Shown here: in pieces, positions 20,090-29,864 of the stretch
Layout: each line of letters begins with the position of its first letter
How positions within the stretch are numbered: the first letter of the stretch is position 1
Assembly (NCBI RefSeq): GCF_000062885.1
Contig: NC_009142.1
Span: forward strand, 1,103,584 to 1,167,583
Source of the DNA: Saccharopolyspora erythraea NRRL 2338
Lineage (GTDB): Bacteria > Actinomycetota > Actinomycetes > Mycobacteriales > Pseudonocardiaceae
Direction: 5' to 3'
Length of the DNA: 64,000 nt
Made by a program: the position numbers and the translations under genes
Notes under the pieces: generated by a model
What the model was told of the DNA's origin: nothing
Databases searched by the model: none
The model's input: only the letters and a program-made list of their open reading frames with translations

Positions 20090-21244
20090 GTGAGGAGTGG
20101 GCGGGTGCTGCGGGGCTTGCGTTGTGTCCGGTGCGGCGAGCGGACCGGGCTGCGGTACGACACCTCGGGATGCTCCGGCTGCCGGGCCGCGGGCGTGCCG
20201 TCAGCGCTGGTCGCCGACCACGGCCTGAGCGGGGTCGACGGCCCGGCGCTGTGGGCGGAGTGGTCGCGCCGCAGGCCGGGGCTGTGGTCGCACCACGAGC
20301 TGCTGCCGGTCGACGCGGCAAAGGCGGTCACCCTCGCCGAGGGCGCGACGCCGCTGCTCGAACTGGACGAGGGCGTGCTGCTCAAGGACGAGCGCCGCAA
20401 CCCGACCGGCAGCTTCAAGGACCGCTTCTTCACCACCGCCGTGTCGTGGGCCAGGGAGGCGGGCGCGAGCACGGTGGCGGTCGCCTCCAGCGGCAACGCA
20501 GGTGTCGCGGCCGCCGCCTACGCCGCCGCTGCCGGGCTGGAGTCGGTGGTGGTCACCACCGGTGAGATCAGCGGCACCTCGAGCGGGCTGGTCCGCAGGT
20601 TCGGCGGGCGGCTGCTGTTCGGCGACACCCCGGAGCAGCGCTGGGCGATCCTGCGCGAGCACGCCGACGAGTGGACGGTGCTGACCAACACCTCCGAGGT
20701 CCCGGTCAGCAGCCTGTGGGTCGGCATCGAGGGCTACAAGACGATCGCCTACGAGATCGTGCGCGACCTCGGCGACGTGCCGGAGGTGGTGCTCGCGCCG
20801 GTGTCGCGCGGCGACGGCTTCGCCGGGATGTGGCTGGGCTTCCAGGAGCTGCGGGAGCTCGGCGTGGTGTCGAGGACCCCGAGGATGGTCGCCGTCGAGC
20901 GCTACCCGTCGCTGAGCCGCGCGCTGCGCGAGGGTGCCGAACCGCCCCCGGCCGGCGACGTCGCCGGGCCGGTCGAGGCCACCTCGATCAGCAACCCGCA
21001 GGCCACCGTCATGTCGCTGCGGGTGATCCGCGAGTCCGGCGGCACCGCCGTGGCGTGCACCGACGCCGACCTGCACGAGGCGGCCGAGCGGCTGGGCAGA
21101 GCCGGTGTCGGGGTGGAGCTCAGCTCGGCCGCCGGGCTGGTCGGGATCGACGCGCTGCGCCGCGACTCGCTGCTGGAACCGGGCGACCGGGCGGTCGCGC
21201 TGGTGACCTCGCATGCCGCGAACCAACCCGGCACCCTCCGATGA
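20090..21244 (+). CDS. Threonine-synthase-like PLP-dependent enzyme (fold type II) with N-terminal Cys4 zinc ribbon
   Basis: CVRCGER...CSGC zinc ribbon; PLP-lysine motif NPTGSFKDR; Gly-rich SSGNAG loop. Confidence 0.7.
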   Translation: MRSGRVLRGLRCVRCGERTGLRYDTSGCSGCRAAGVPSALVADHGLSGVDGPALWAEWSRRRPGLWSHHELLPVDAAKAVTLAEGATPLLELDEGVLLKDERRNPTGSFKDRFFTTAVSWAREAGASTVAVASSGNAGVAAAAYAAAAGLESVVVTTGEISGTSSGLVRRFGGRLLFGDTPEQRWAILREHADEWTVLTNTSEVPVSSLWVGIEGYKTIAYEIVRDLGDVPEVVLAPVSRGDGFAGMWLGFQELRELGVVSRTPRMVAVERYPSLSRALREGAEPPPAGDVAGPVEATSISNPQATVMSLRVIRESGGTAVACTDADLHEAAERLGRAGVGVELSSAAGLVGIDALRRDSLLEPGDRAVALVTSHAANQPGTLR

Positions 21245-21368
21245 CGCAGCCCTGCTGGGCCGTTCGGTCGCATGCCGATGCGCCTGTCAGCGCCTTCGTG
21301 AAACGGACGTTCGGGTCAATGCCGCTACCTTCCGCCGACGCCCGCACCACGCCAACTAGGCTGGACCG

Positions 21369-22280
21369 GTGACGCTGACGGCCCCACCGCGGTTGCTGCT
21401 GGTACACGCACACCCCGATGACGAGACCCTCTGGACCGGCGGGACGATCGCCCGCTACGCCGCGCGCGGAGTGCAGGTGGTCGTGGTGACCTGCACCCTC
21501 GGCGAGGAAGGCGAGGTCATCCCGGACAACCTCCGCGGCCTCGCCGCCGACCAGGCCGACCAGCTCGGCGGCTACCGGGTCGGCGAGCTGCGCTCGGCGT
21601 GCGCCGCGCTGCGCGTCGCCGACCAGCGGTTCCTCGGCGGCGTCGGCCGCTGGCGCGACTCCGGCATGCTCTGGGAGAAGCCGGGTCAGGCCAGTGCGCT
21701 GCCGGACGCGCACCCGCGCGCCTTCGCCGTCGGCGACGCCGATGAGCAGGCGGACGCCCTGGAGGAGCTGCTGCGGGAGTTCCGGCCGCAGGTGGTGGTG
21801 ACCTACGCCGCCGACGGCGGCTACGGCCACCCCGACCACATCCGCGCCCACGAGGTGACGATGGCCGCCGCCGCGAAGGTCCCGGACGTGCTGCGGGTTT
21901 TCCACGCCGTACCCTCGCAGGGCGTGGTGAAGGAAGGTCTGGCGGCGCTGGCCGAGGCCGAGGGGATGCCCTTCGAGCTGCCCGAGCCGCACGAGCTGCC
22001 CGGCGTGCCCGACGAGCGGATCACGACCGTGGTCGACGTCGGCGAGCACCTGCCCGCCAAGATCAGCGCGCTCCGGGCGCACGGCACCCAGGTCAAGATG
22101 TGGCTGGAGCAGTGGAACAACGGCGCCGGGGTGGCCGCGTACGCGCTGTCCAACGGCGTCGCGCAGCCGGTCGTGAACACCGAGCACTACGTGCTGGCCA
22201 CCGGTGACCAGCAGGGATGCGAGACGGACCTGTTCGGCGGACTCGGGGTGAGCGGTACCGAGCCGGTGGGCGCCCGTTGA
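21369..22280 (+). CDS. mshB: N-acetyl-1-D-myo-inosityl-2-amino-2-deoxy-alpha-D-glucopyranoside deacetylase (LmbE/PIG-L family)
   Basis: LLLVHAHPDDET motif, HPDH zinc ligands, ~300 aa; synteny with fdxC-dapC as in Rv1170. Confidence 0.8.
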   Translation: MTLTAPPRLLLVHAHPDDETLWTGGTIARYAARGVQVVVVTCTLGEEGEVIPDNLRGLAADQADQLGGYRVGELRSACAALRVADQRFLGGVGRWRDSGMLWEKPGQASALPDAHPRAFAVGDADEQADALEELLREFRPQVVVTYAADGGYGHPDHIRAHEVTMAAAAKVPDVLRVFHAVPSQGVVKEGLAALAEAEGMPFELPEPHELPGVPDERITTVVDVGEHLPAKISALRAHGTQVKMWLEQWNNGAGVAAYALSNGVAQPVVNTEHYVLATGDQQGCETDLFGGLGVSGTEPVGAR

Positions 22281-22657
22281 CGGCTGCCGACCGCGTCCTG
22301 TTCGGCTTCCTGCTGCTCGACGCGCTGGTCCTGGCCATCGTCGAGCTGCTGTTCCTGCCGTTGTGGATCGGCCCGGTGCAGTTCCCGATCATGGCCGCGG
22401 TGGCCGCGGTCACCACTCCGCTGCTGGTCTCGGCGGCGGGCAGGCTCTCGCAGCACCGAGGTGTCGCCGCCGCGCCGCTGGTGGTGTGGTTCCTCGCGGT
22501 GTTCGTGTTCGGGCTGTTCGGCCCGGGCGGGGACGTGGTGCTCGTCGGCGACTGGCGTGCACTGCTGTTCATCGCCGCCGGCGCGTTGCCGAGCGCGATG
22601 ATGCTGGGCATCGTGCTGGCCCGCAACGCCGTCGAGGCCGGGCGGACGGCGCACTGA
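22277..22657 (+). CDS. Small integral membrane protein (Rv1171-like by position)
   Basis: Four predicted TM helices (FGFLLLDALVLAIVELLFLPLWI...); probable TTG/GTG start overlapping the mshB stop. Confidence 0.5.
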   Translation: MTAADRVLFGFLLLDALVLAIVELLFLPLWIGPVQFPIMAAVAAVTTPLLVSAAGRLSQHRGVAAAPLVVWFLAVFVFGLFGPGGDVVLVGDWRALLFIAAGALPSAMMLGIVLARNAVEAGRTAH

Positions 22658-22887
22658 CCTGACGGTGTGTCGAACAACACTCCGCGGTCGCTCCGATGCT
22701 GGTCACCTGGTCGAACGATCAAGTGACCTGCCCGGTACACGCCGTTAACAGCGTTGTGCGGTGCCGCAACCCGCTCCACGTCGTGGGACCAGTTCCCCGG
22801 GCAACCCGGCTCGGGGGATACTGTCAGCAGCCGCGCCGGGAGATTCCTCGCGCGGGTAGGACAAACGCTTCAAGCAGGAGAGCAACC

Positions 22888-23208
22888 GTGACCTACGTGA
22901 TCGCCGAGCCCTGCGTCGACGTGCTCGACAAGGCATGCATCGAGGAGTGCCCTGTCGACTGCATCTACGAGGGTGGGCGGATGCTCTACATCCACCCCGA
23001 TGAGTGCGTCGACTGCGGTGCCTGCGAGCCGGTGTGCCCGGTGGAGGCCATCTACTACGAGGACGACGTCCCGGACGAGTGGGCCGCCTACACCAAGGCG
23101 AACGTGGACTTCTTCGACGAGCTCGGTTCGCCCGGCGGCGCGGCCAAGGTGGGCAAGGTCGACCGCGACGTGGAGCCGGTCAGCAGCCTTCCCCCGCAGG
23201 GCGAATGA
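22888..23208 (+). CDS. fdxC: 7Fe ferredoxin (FdxA/FdxC type)
   Basis: [26 protein letters not shown]...[16 protein letters not shown], with cluster motifs for one 3Fe-4S and one 4Fe-4S centre; GTG start with RBS. Confidence 0.85.
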   Translation: MTYVIAEPCVDVLDKACIEECPVDCIYEGGRMLYIHPDECVDCGACEPVCPVEAIYYEDDVPDEWAAYTKANVDFFDELGSPGGAAKVGKVDRDVEPVSSLPPQGE

Positions 23209-24338
23209 CATCGGGGACCGGCCCGGCCGGCCCGTCGGCCGGGCACCGCGGTCCGAGCCTTCCGGACTTCCCGTGGGACTCCCTCGCCGGCCAGAAGGCG
23301 CGGGCCCAGGCGCACCCGGACGGCATCGTCAACCTCTCGGTCGGCACACCGGTCGACCCGGTGCCCGCGCGCCTGCGCGAGGCGCTGGCGTCGGTCGCGG
23401 ACCGTCCCGGGTACCCGGCCACGCACGGCACGCCGGAGCTGCGCGCCGCCGCCGTGGGGTCGCTGGAGCGGCGGTTCGGCATCCGCGGCGTGGACCCGGA
23501 AGCGGTGCTGCCGACCATCGGCTCGAAGGAGCTCGTCGCCTGGCTGCCGATGCTGCTGGGCGTCGGTGAGGGCGACGTCGTCGCGATCCCCGAGCTGGCG
23601 TACCCGACCTACGAGGTCGGCGCGAAGCTGGCGGGCGCGACCGTCGTGCGGCTCGGACCCGACGACCCGCCGCCGCCGGGAACGGCGCTGCTGTGGCTGA
23701 ACTCGCCGTCCAACCCGACCGGACGGGTGCTGGACGCCGACCGGCTGCGCGCCTCGGTGCGCGCGGCGCGCGAGCTGGGCGCGGTGGTGGCCTCCGACGA
23801 GTGCTACCTGTCACTGGGCTGGGACGCCGAGCCCGTGTCGGTGCTGCACCCCTCGGTGACCGAGGACTTCACCGGGTTGCTCGCGGTGCACTCGCTGTCG
23901 AAGTCGTCGAACCTCGCCGGCTACCGGGCCGGCTTCGTCACCGGTGACCCGGCGCTGGTCAAGCGGCTCCTGGAGCTGCGCAAGCACGCGGGCATGATCG
24001 TGCCGAGGCCGGTGCAGGAGGCCGTGACCGCCGCCCTCGACGACGACGAGCACGTGCGCGTGCAGCGCGAGCTGTACGCGGCGCGGCGAGCGGTGCTGCG
24101 ACCCGCGCTGGAGGCCGCGGGCTTCACAGTCGAGCACTCCGAAGCGGGCCTGTACCTGTGGGCCACGCGCGGCGAGCCCGCGTTGGAAACCGTGGACTGG
24201 CTTGCCGAGCGGGGCATCCTGGTCGCCCCGGGCACGTTCTACGGACCCTCCGGTCAGCGGCACGTGCGGATCGCGCTCACCGAATCCGACGAGCGCATCG
24301 ACGCCGCCGCGAAGCGGCTGGGGTCCGCCGCCGCGTAG
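23205..24338 (+). CDS. dapC: N-succinyldiaminopimelate aminotransferase (class I PLP aminotransferase)
   Basis: ATGA overlap with the fdx stop; [17 protein letters not shown]-lysine region; synteny with fdxC as Rv1177-Rv1178. Confidence 0.75.
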   Translation: MTSGTGPAGPSAGHRGPSLPDFPWDSLAGQKARAQAHPDGIVNLSVGTPVDPVPARLREALASVADRPGYPATHGTPELRAAAVGSLERRFGIRGVDPEAVLPTIGSKELVAWLPMLLGVGEGDVVAIPELAYPTYEVGAKLAGATVVRLGPDDPPPPGTALLWLNSPSNPTGRVLDADRLRASVRAARELGAVVASDECYLSLGWDAEPVSVLHPSVTEDFTGLLAVHSLSKSSNLAGYRAGFVTGDPALVKRLLELRKHAGMIVPRPVQEAVTAALDDDEHVRVQRELYAARRAVLRPALEAAGFTVEHSEAGLYLWATRGEPALETVDWLAERGILVAPGTFYGPSGQRHVRIALTESDERIDAAAKRLGSAAA

Positions 24339-24384
24339 CGGCTGGGGTCCGCCGCCGCGTAGCGGCTGGGGTCCGCCGCCGCGT
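24313..24384 (+). repeat. Exact 24-bp unit (GCGGCTGGGGTCCGCCGCCGCGTA) repeated 3 times in tandem, the first copy covering the last 8 codons and stop of dapC
   Basis: Read directly: each copy encodes RLGSAAA plus a TAG stop. Confidence 0.85.
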
Positions 24385-24600
24385 AGCGGCGGCAACATGG
24401 CCTTTCGCAGTCGCAGGCGTAGCCACGTCCCAAACCCAGAGCAGCGGAGCTGCGGCAACACCTCTCCGGCCTTTCGTGGTCACAGTCGCACCCACGGCTT
24501 AAACCCGAGAGCTGCGAAGCTGCGGAGTCCGCCGCTTAGCGGCGGCAACATGTCTCTGGCGTTTCGTGGTCGCCGTCGCTGGCGCGGCGGTGCCGCCGCT
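24385..24600. repeat. Degenerate ~100-bp repeat pair with GCCGCCGC/GCGGCGGC palindromes between convergent dapC and CHAD genes
   Basis: AGCGGCGGCAACATGNC...TTTCGNGGTC motif occurs twice; hairpin-forming palindromes. Confidence 0.5.
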
Positions 24601-25528
24601 ACGCGGCGTTGCTGAGGTCCTGCCATGCCGCCGGCCATTCGGCGCGGCGGTCGCGGCGCCGGGCCTCCTCGCGCTCGACGAGCCGTCCGGCCACGAAGGC
24701 GACGGTGCCGTCCGCGCCGTCGCCGAGCGCGCGCAGGAGGTCGCGCAGCCGCTGACCGGCGACGCACGCGTCCTGGTGTTCGCCGAGCACGTCCTGGAAC
24801 CGCTTCGCGGCTTTCAGCAGCGGTTTGACGTCGAGCGCGGACTCGGCCAGCTCGGCGGTGTAGCGCAGGCGCTTGCCGCGGATGCGCAGCGCGTGCAGCT
24901 CCTCGTCGGAGGGGTCGTCGCCGAGCTTGCCCACCGCCTTGCGCAGCTTCCGGTACTCCTTGTCGACCAGCCGCCGCAGCTCGTCCGGTCCGTCCAGATC
25001 AGACCCGGGGAGTTCGCTGCGCACCGCCGCGGCCAGCGACTGCACCAGCGTCATGTACCGGTCGCTGTCCAGCGCCGCGAGCAGCTCGAAGCGGGCCTCG
25101 CCGTGCTCGACCTCCAGCCCGGAGAGCAGCCGGGCCGCCGCGGCGCGCTCCTCGGCGTCGAGGTCCGCGGTCTCCTGGCGCAGCCGGTCGATCAGCACGT
25201 CGAGGTCGCGGACCGGTCCCAGCGCGCGGCCGAGCCAGCCCAGCTCCGCGCGCAGCGGCTCCGACCAGTCCTGGTCCAGGAAGGGGCGGCCGGACCTGAG
25301 CATCGCCCGCATCCGCCGCACCGAGACCCGCATCTGGTGCAGCTCCTCGGGGTCCTCGCCCAGCCTCGTGCCGGGGTCGTGGCGGACCATCGCGCGCAAC
25401 CGGACGTCCAGCCCGGCGCGGACGTGCTCTCTGACGGGTGCGTCGCGACCAGCGGTGATGGGCTCGTCGAGGCCGATCGCGCCCGCGACGTCCCTGCTCT
25501 GCCACACCTGCTGCCCGGCGGAAACCAT
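24599..25528 (-). CDS. CHAD-domain protein
   Basis: HQMRVSVRRMRAMLR...LHALRIRGKRLRYTAE, the characteristic conserved His/Arg-rich helical motifs of CHAD domains. Confidence 0.7.
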   Translation of the reverse strand: MVSAGQQVWQSRDVAGAIGLDEPITAGRDAPVREHVRAGLDVRLRAMVRHDPGTRLGEDPEELHQMRVSVRRMRAMLRSGRPFLDQDWSEPLRAELGWLGRALGPVRDLDVLIDRLRQETADLDAEERAAAARLLSGLEVEHGEARFELLAALDSDRYMTLVQSLAAAVRSELPGSDLDGPDELRRLVDKEYRKLRKAVGKLGDDPSDEELHALRIRGKRLRYTAELAESALDVKPLLKAAKRFQDVLGEHQDACVAGQRLRDLLRALGDGADGTVAFVAGRLVEREEARRRDRRAEWPAAWQDLSNAA

Positions 25529-25616
25529 TCCCGATTATAGGAACGGCGGGCGGGTCGTTCGCCTGGTTCTTCCAGGCGAAGCCGACCCGCCCGCCGTCGC
25601 AGCGGTGCTATGGCGC

Positions 25617-26606
25617 TCAGTCGTTGGCGTGCAGGGCGGCGTTCAGCTCGACCTTGCCGCCGGTGCGCGGCGCGACCTCGACCGCGCCGGTGCTGGAGTT
25701 GCGGCGGAACAGCAGCCCGGTCGAACCCGACAGCTCGCGGGCCTTGGTGATCGTGCCGTCCGGCAGCGTGACCTTGGTGCCCGCCGTGACGTAGAGGCCG
25801 GCCTCCACCACGCAGTCGTCGCCGAGGGAGATGCCCGCGCCGCCGTTGGCGCCGATCAGGCAGCGCTCGCCGACGGAGATGACCTCCTTGCCGCCACCGG
25901 ACAGCGTGCCCATGATCGAGGCGCCGCCGCCGAGGTCGGAGCCGTCGCCCATCACCACGCCGGCCGAGATGCGGCCCTCGACCATGGAGGCGCCCAGCGT
26001 GCCGGCGTTGAAGTTGACGAAGCCCTCGTGCATCACGGTCGTGCCGCTGGCCAGGTGGGCGCCGAGGCGCACCCGGTCGGCGTCGCCGATGCGCACGCCC
26101 GACGGCGCCACGTAGTCGACCATGCGCGGGAACTTGTCGATGCTGTAGACGGTGACCGGTCCGCGGGCGCGCAGCCGCAGGCGGGTCGCCTCGAAGCCTT
26201 CCACCGGGCACGGGCCGTGGTTGGTCCACACGACGTTGGACAGCAGGCCGAACATGCCGTCGAGGTTCTGGCCGTGCGGGCGCACCAGCCGGTGCGACAG
26301 CAGGTGCAGGCGCAGGTAGAGGTCGTGCGCGTCGGCGGGCTCGTCGGACAGCCGGGAGATCTCGGTGCGCACCGCCACGACGTCGACGCCCCGGGCGTCG
26401 TCGCGACCGACCAGCGCAGCGCCGGCCTCGCCGAGCGACTGCGCGGCCTCCTCGGCGGACAGGCGCCGGGTGCCCGACTCCCCGGGCTCGCCGAGCCGGA
26501 CGGTGGGGAACCAGGTGTCCAGCACGGTGCCGTCATCGGTGATGGTGGCCAGGCCGACGCCGTGGGCTCCGGTGGTCTGCGGGTCGGGAGTGAGTGCACT
26601 GCTCAT
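25617..26606 (-). CDS. dapD: 2,3,4,5-tetrahydropyridine-2,6-dicarboxylate N-succinyltransferase (actinobacterial type)
   Basis: Hexapeptide-repeat left-handed beta helix ([38 protein letters not shown]); 329 aa; matches Rv1201c-type DapD. Confidence 0.85.
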   Translation of the reverse strand: MSSALTPDPQTTGAHGVGLATITDDGTVLDTWFPTVRLGEPGESGTRRLSAEEAAQSLGEAGAALVGRDDARGVDVVAVRTEISRLSDEPADAHDLYLRLHLLSHRLVRPHGQNLDGMFGLLSNVVWTNHGPCPVEGFEATRLRLRARGPVTVYSIDKFPRMVDYVAPSGVRIGDADRVRLGAHLASGTTVMHEGFVNFNAGTLGASMVEGRISAGVVMGDGSDLGGGASIMGTLSGGGKEVISVGERCLIGANGGAGISLGDDCVVEAGLYVTAGTKVTLPDGTITKARELSGSTGLLFRRNSSTGAVEVAPRTGGKVELNAALHAND

Positions 26607-26756
26607 GGCTGAAAACCGTAATCGGCGCTGGTGACCACTGCTAGCAAGGGTCGCGCGAAGACCGGCCGCAGGCGCCTCGCCGAGCCTCCGGTCGGGGCTT
26701 CACCCGGGGCTCTCACCTGCTGTTTTCCGTGGCGTCCCGGGTGGGTCGGCGGCCCC

Positions 26757-27330
26757 GGGGCGGGCAGTCGGCGGCAGCGGTGTAGGCGGCATCACAGGTC
26801 CGCGGCCGACTGCCGGGTGCGTCGGCCCAGGCTGCCCTGCGGCAGGTGGCACCCGGTGCTGAGGCTGAGGATGGTGTTGCTCGCCGTCCTGAACCGGTAG
26901 ACCGCCCCGAACCCGTCGGTGGCCTCGATCTCGTGGTCGCCGGGACGGTCCACGACCGGCCTGGCGCCCCGAACCCGTAACCGGCGGTGAACCTCGGCAG
27001 CGACCCGGACTGCCTCCGGCCAGCCTCGTCGGGGATGTTCGCCTCGCGGGTCCACCGGTCGAGGGTCCGGCTCTCGGCCTCGGTGACGCCGGGGACTCCG
27101 CGCAACCGGCCCGGCTCGCCTCCCCGTCGTTCACCCACGAGGACACGCCGAGCTCCGCGGCCCGCCGGTCGCGCAGCTCCTGCTGCATCCGGTCGTAGCG
27201 GTCGCCGACCTCCTCGATGGAGGGGCGTTGCCGCAGCGCGGCACCGTCATCGGGCGCGCTCGCACACCCGGCGGCCAGCAGTGCGGTGAGGATCAGCGCT
27301 GCCGAAATGCCTGCCGTCGAACGCGCGTCG
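26757..27330 (-). pseudogene. Decayed tandem paralogue of the downstream lipoprotein gene (multiple frameshifts)
   Basis: Three different frames each match parts of the intact copy: signal/lipobox LTALLAAGCAS, ALRQRPSIEE..., ...VVDRPGDHEIEATDGFGAVYRFRTASNTILSLSTGCHLPQG; DNA-level similarity of 26760-26900 to 27338-27480. Confidence 0.6.
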
Positions 27331-27337
27331 AGGGGGT

Positions 27338-27850
27338 TTATCCGCCCTGTGGCAGGTGGCAGCCGGTGCTGACGGTCAGAAGGGTGTTCTTCGCGGTGCC
27401 GAACAGGTAGCTGGCGCCGTACTGGTCGGTGGCGGTGATCTCGTGGTCACCGGCGCGGTCGACGACGACCTCCACGGCACCGAAGCCGTACTGGGCGGTC
27501 ACCTCGGCGACGATCTCGACCGCCCGCGGCCAGTCGGCGTCGGGGAGATTGCCGGCCGAGCGCCACGACTCCAGCACGCGGGTCTCGCCGCCGAGGTTGG
27601 GGAAGTCCGCGCAGCCCGCGCTGCTCATCGGCTCGCGCGGGGTCCAGTTCAGCGACCCGATCTCGGCGGACAGCCGCTCCCGGACCGCGCGCTGCATCTC
27701 GTCGTAGCGGGCGCTCGCCTCCTCGATGCTCGGCCGCTGCTGGAGGGTCGCGCGCTGGTCTTCCACATCTCCCCCGGGGGTCGTGCCCGGCCGGCCCGCG
27801 CATCCCGCGGCGAGCACGGCGCAAAGCGTGAACAGAACTAGCTTCTTCAT
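27338..27850 (-). CDS. Secreted lipoprotein (LppA-like family), candidate immunity-type protein
   Basis: [19 protein letters not shown] lipobox; 170 aa; start overlaps the stop of the upstream hydrolase gene. Confidence 0.7.
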   Translation of the reverse strand: MKKLVLFTLCAVLAAGCAGRPGTTPGGDVEDQRATLQQRPSIEEASARYDEMQRAVRERLSAEIGSLNWTPREPMSSAGCADFPNLGGETRVLESWRSAGNLPDADWPRAVEIVAEVTAQYGFGAVEVVVDRAGDHEITATDQYGASYLFGTAKNTLLTVSTGCHLPQGG

Positions 27851-29551
27851 CAGAACAGGTCCCGGATCTTCGAGGGTGCCCACGAGATGTAGTCACCGAC
27901 GCCTCGGCCCTCGCCGCGCACAGTGCGGTCGGGCAGGCCGGCGACCACGGCGGCCATGTTGTGCTGGCTGGTGCTGTCGTCGGCGACGTAACCGTTGTGC
28001 CCCGTGGACTCGCTGAGCTTCTGCCGGCCATCGGGTTCGGTGGACTCCTTGGCGGAGAGGTCCTGGACGCCCTCCATGTGCGTGGGGTCTCCGCCGAACC
28101 GGCCGAAGTCGGCGACCGGGTCGTTGCGCGCCTCGATCCGGTAGGTGTGCCCCTCGGGCACGTGGAGGTCCTCGACGTCGTCGGTGCCGACACCTGGCGA
28201 GCCGAAGACGATCGCGTCGTCCACGCCGTGGCCGCCGCCCTGCAACGCGTATCCGGTCGTGGTCGAACCGTAGGAGTGCCCGAGCGCGGTCAGGTGCGGG
28301 TCGGTGTCGCGGGAGGCGTTGATGCCCTTGAAGAACTCGTTCAGCTTCGCGCCGCCGTTCTCAGCGGCGTCGGACCGGGTCACCGAGTTCTCGTGCCACG
28401 GCGCGTGCTCGTGGTCCTGCGGTGTTTCGTAGCCGATCCAGCTGATCGCGGCGACCTGGCCGCCCTCGCCGTGGCGGTCGCTCTCGTGCTGGGACTGCGC
28501 GCGGAGCTGGTTCATCTGGTGGTCGAGACCCTCGAGGGTGCCGTTCACCGTGCTGTTGAGCCCCGGCGTGAACACCGAGACGTGGTCGGCGGTGTCCACG
28601 TCGCCGACCGCCACCGCGGCCTTGAGGCGCTCTCCGCTGGAGTCCAGCACCAGCAGCTGCCTGGACGGCTGCCGTTCCAAGGTCTTCTCGACGGCGCCGA
28701 TCGACTCGATCTTGTGCGTGACCTCCTCGAGCCGCTTGCGCTCGTCGTCGGAGACACCGCCCCGTTCGATCTCGGCCTTCTCGGCGTTGAGCGCTTCGCG
28801 CTCGTCGTCGATGCGGTTGCGGTTGGCCACGTCGCGGACCTGGGCGGGGATGCCGTCGCGGTTGCCGAGCCAGGCGGGCGGGGCCTTGCGCAGGGCCTCC
28901 TGCTCCTCCGGTGACAACGACTTCCACCACTTGGCGTTCTCCTCCGGAGTGCCGTTCCGCGGGGCGTCGATGGTCGCGGCCAGGCCGCGGGAGTCGCCGG
29001 TCGCGGCGTCGTCGGCGAGCGAGCCGCCGCGGCCGGGGTCCATGAGGTTCCTGTCGGCGTCGGCGAGGACCTTCGCCAGCTCGTCGTCCGCCCGGTTGGC
29101 GCGTTGGAGGACCGTGCGGATGTTCTCCACGATCTGGTCGCGGATGCGGATGCGCTCCTGCTTGACCTGTTCGACCTGGTCCTCGGGCACGTCGTCGGGC
29201 GGTGCGACGTCGCGGACGCCGCCCTCGGCGGTGATCTCGAAGCCGTGGCCCTCGGCCAGGTCGTCGGACTCGCGGAGCAACCGGCGGATCGCCTCCACCT
29301 CGTCCGTGGTTTCCGCGACCGCGCGGCGGACCCCCGCCACCTCGACCACCAGCTCACGCATCACCCGCGTCAGTCCCGCGTGGCTCTGCGCCGCGGCGTC
29401 GGCGGCCTGGCCGCGCCACCCCTCGGGCCGCGCGGAGCCCTCGAGCTCGTCGTCGAGGCCGACCAGCCGGTCCTTGTGCTTGCCGAGGGCGGCGAAGACC
29501 TTCTCCAGCGCGTCCGGCTCCCACCTGCGGACGTCGGAAAGCGACACCATC
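27850..29551 (-). CDS. WXG100-like N-terminal domain fused to C-terminal alpha/beta hydrolase (DUF1023/Abhydrolase_8-like), candidate secreted effector
   Basis: Start [22 protein letters not shown]; WXG-like motif [14 protein letters not shown] at ~residue 55; nucleophile elbow [11 protein letters not shown]; no signal peptide; the ORF-track start at 29679 is an extension. Confidence 0.65.
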
Positions 29552-29864
29552 AGCCGGCCTGCTCCTTCATGTCCGCGGCGATGCGGCCGAAGGCGTCGGC
29601 ACCGGCCTGCTCGTTGCGTCCGTACTCCGCGGCGGCCGAGTCCAGGGCCGCGCCGTGGTCGCCCGCGCCGCGGCTCCACGCCCGGATGGTCTCGCTCCAG
29701 CTCCGCGACACGCGGTCCGCGGCCTGCGCGGACCGGCCGCCGGGCAGCGCGGCGGCCAGGTCGGTCGCGGCGGAGCCGAGGTCGGTCCCGGCGGCCTGGT
29801 CACCGGCGGACTTCGCCTTCGCGGCGGCCTGGCGAAGGGTCTGCGTGGCGGCTTCGTAGCTCAC
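29550..29864 (-). CDS. Small alpha-helical protein (~104 aa), putative partner of the WXG-hydrolase
   Basis: GTG start; [26 protein letters not shown]...[18 protein letters not shown]...; overlaps the downstream gene start by 2 nt. Confidence 0.5.
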   Translation of the reverse strand: MSYEAATQTLRQAAAKAKSAGDQAAGTDLGSAATDLAAALPGGRSAQAADRVSRSWSETIRAWSRGAGDHGAALDSAAAEYGRNEQAGADAFGRIAADMKEQAG

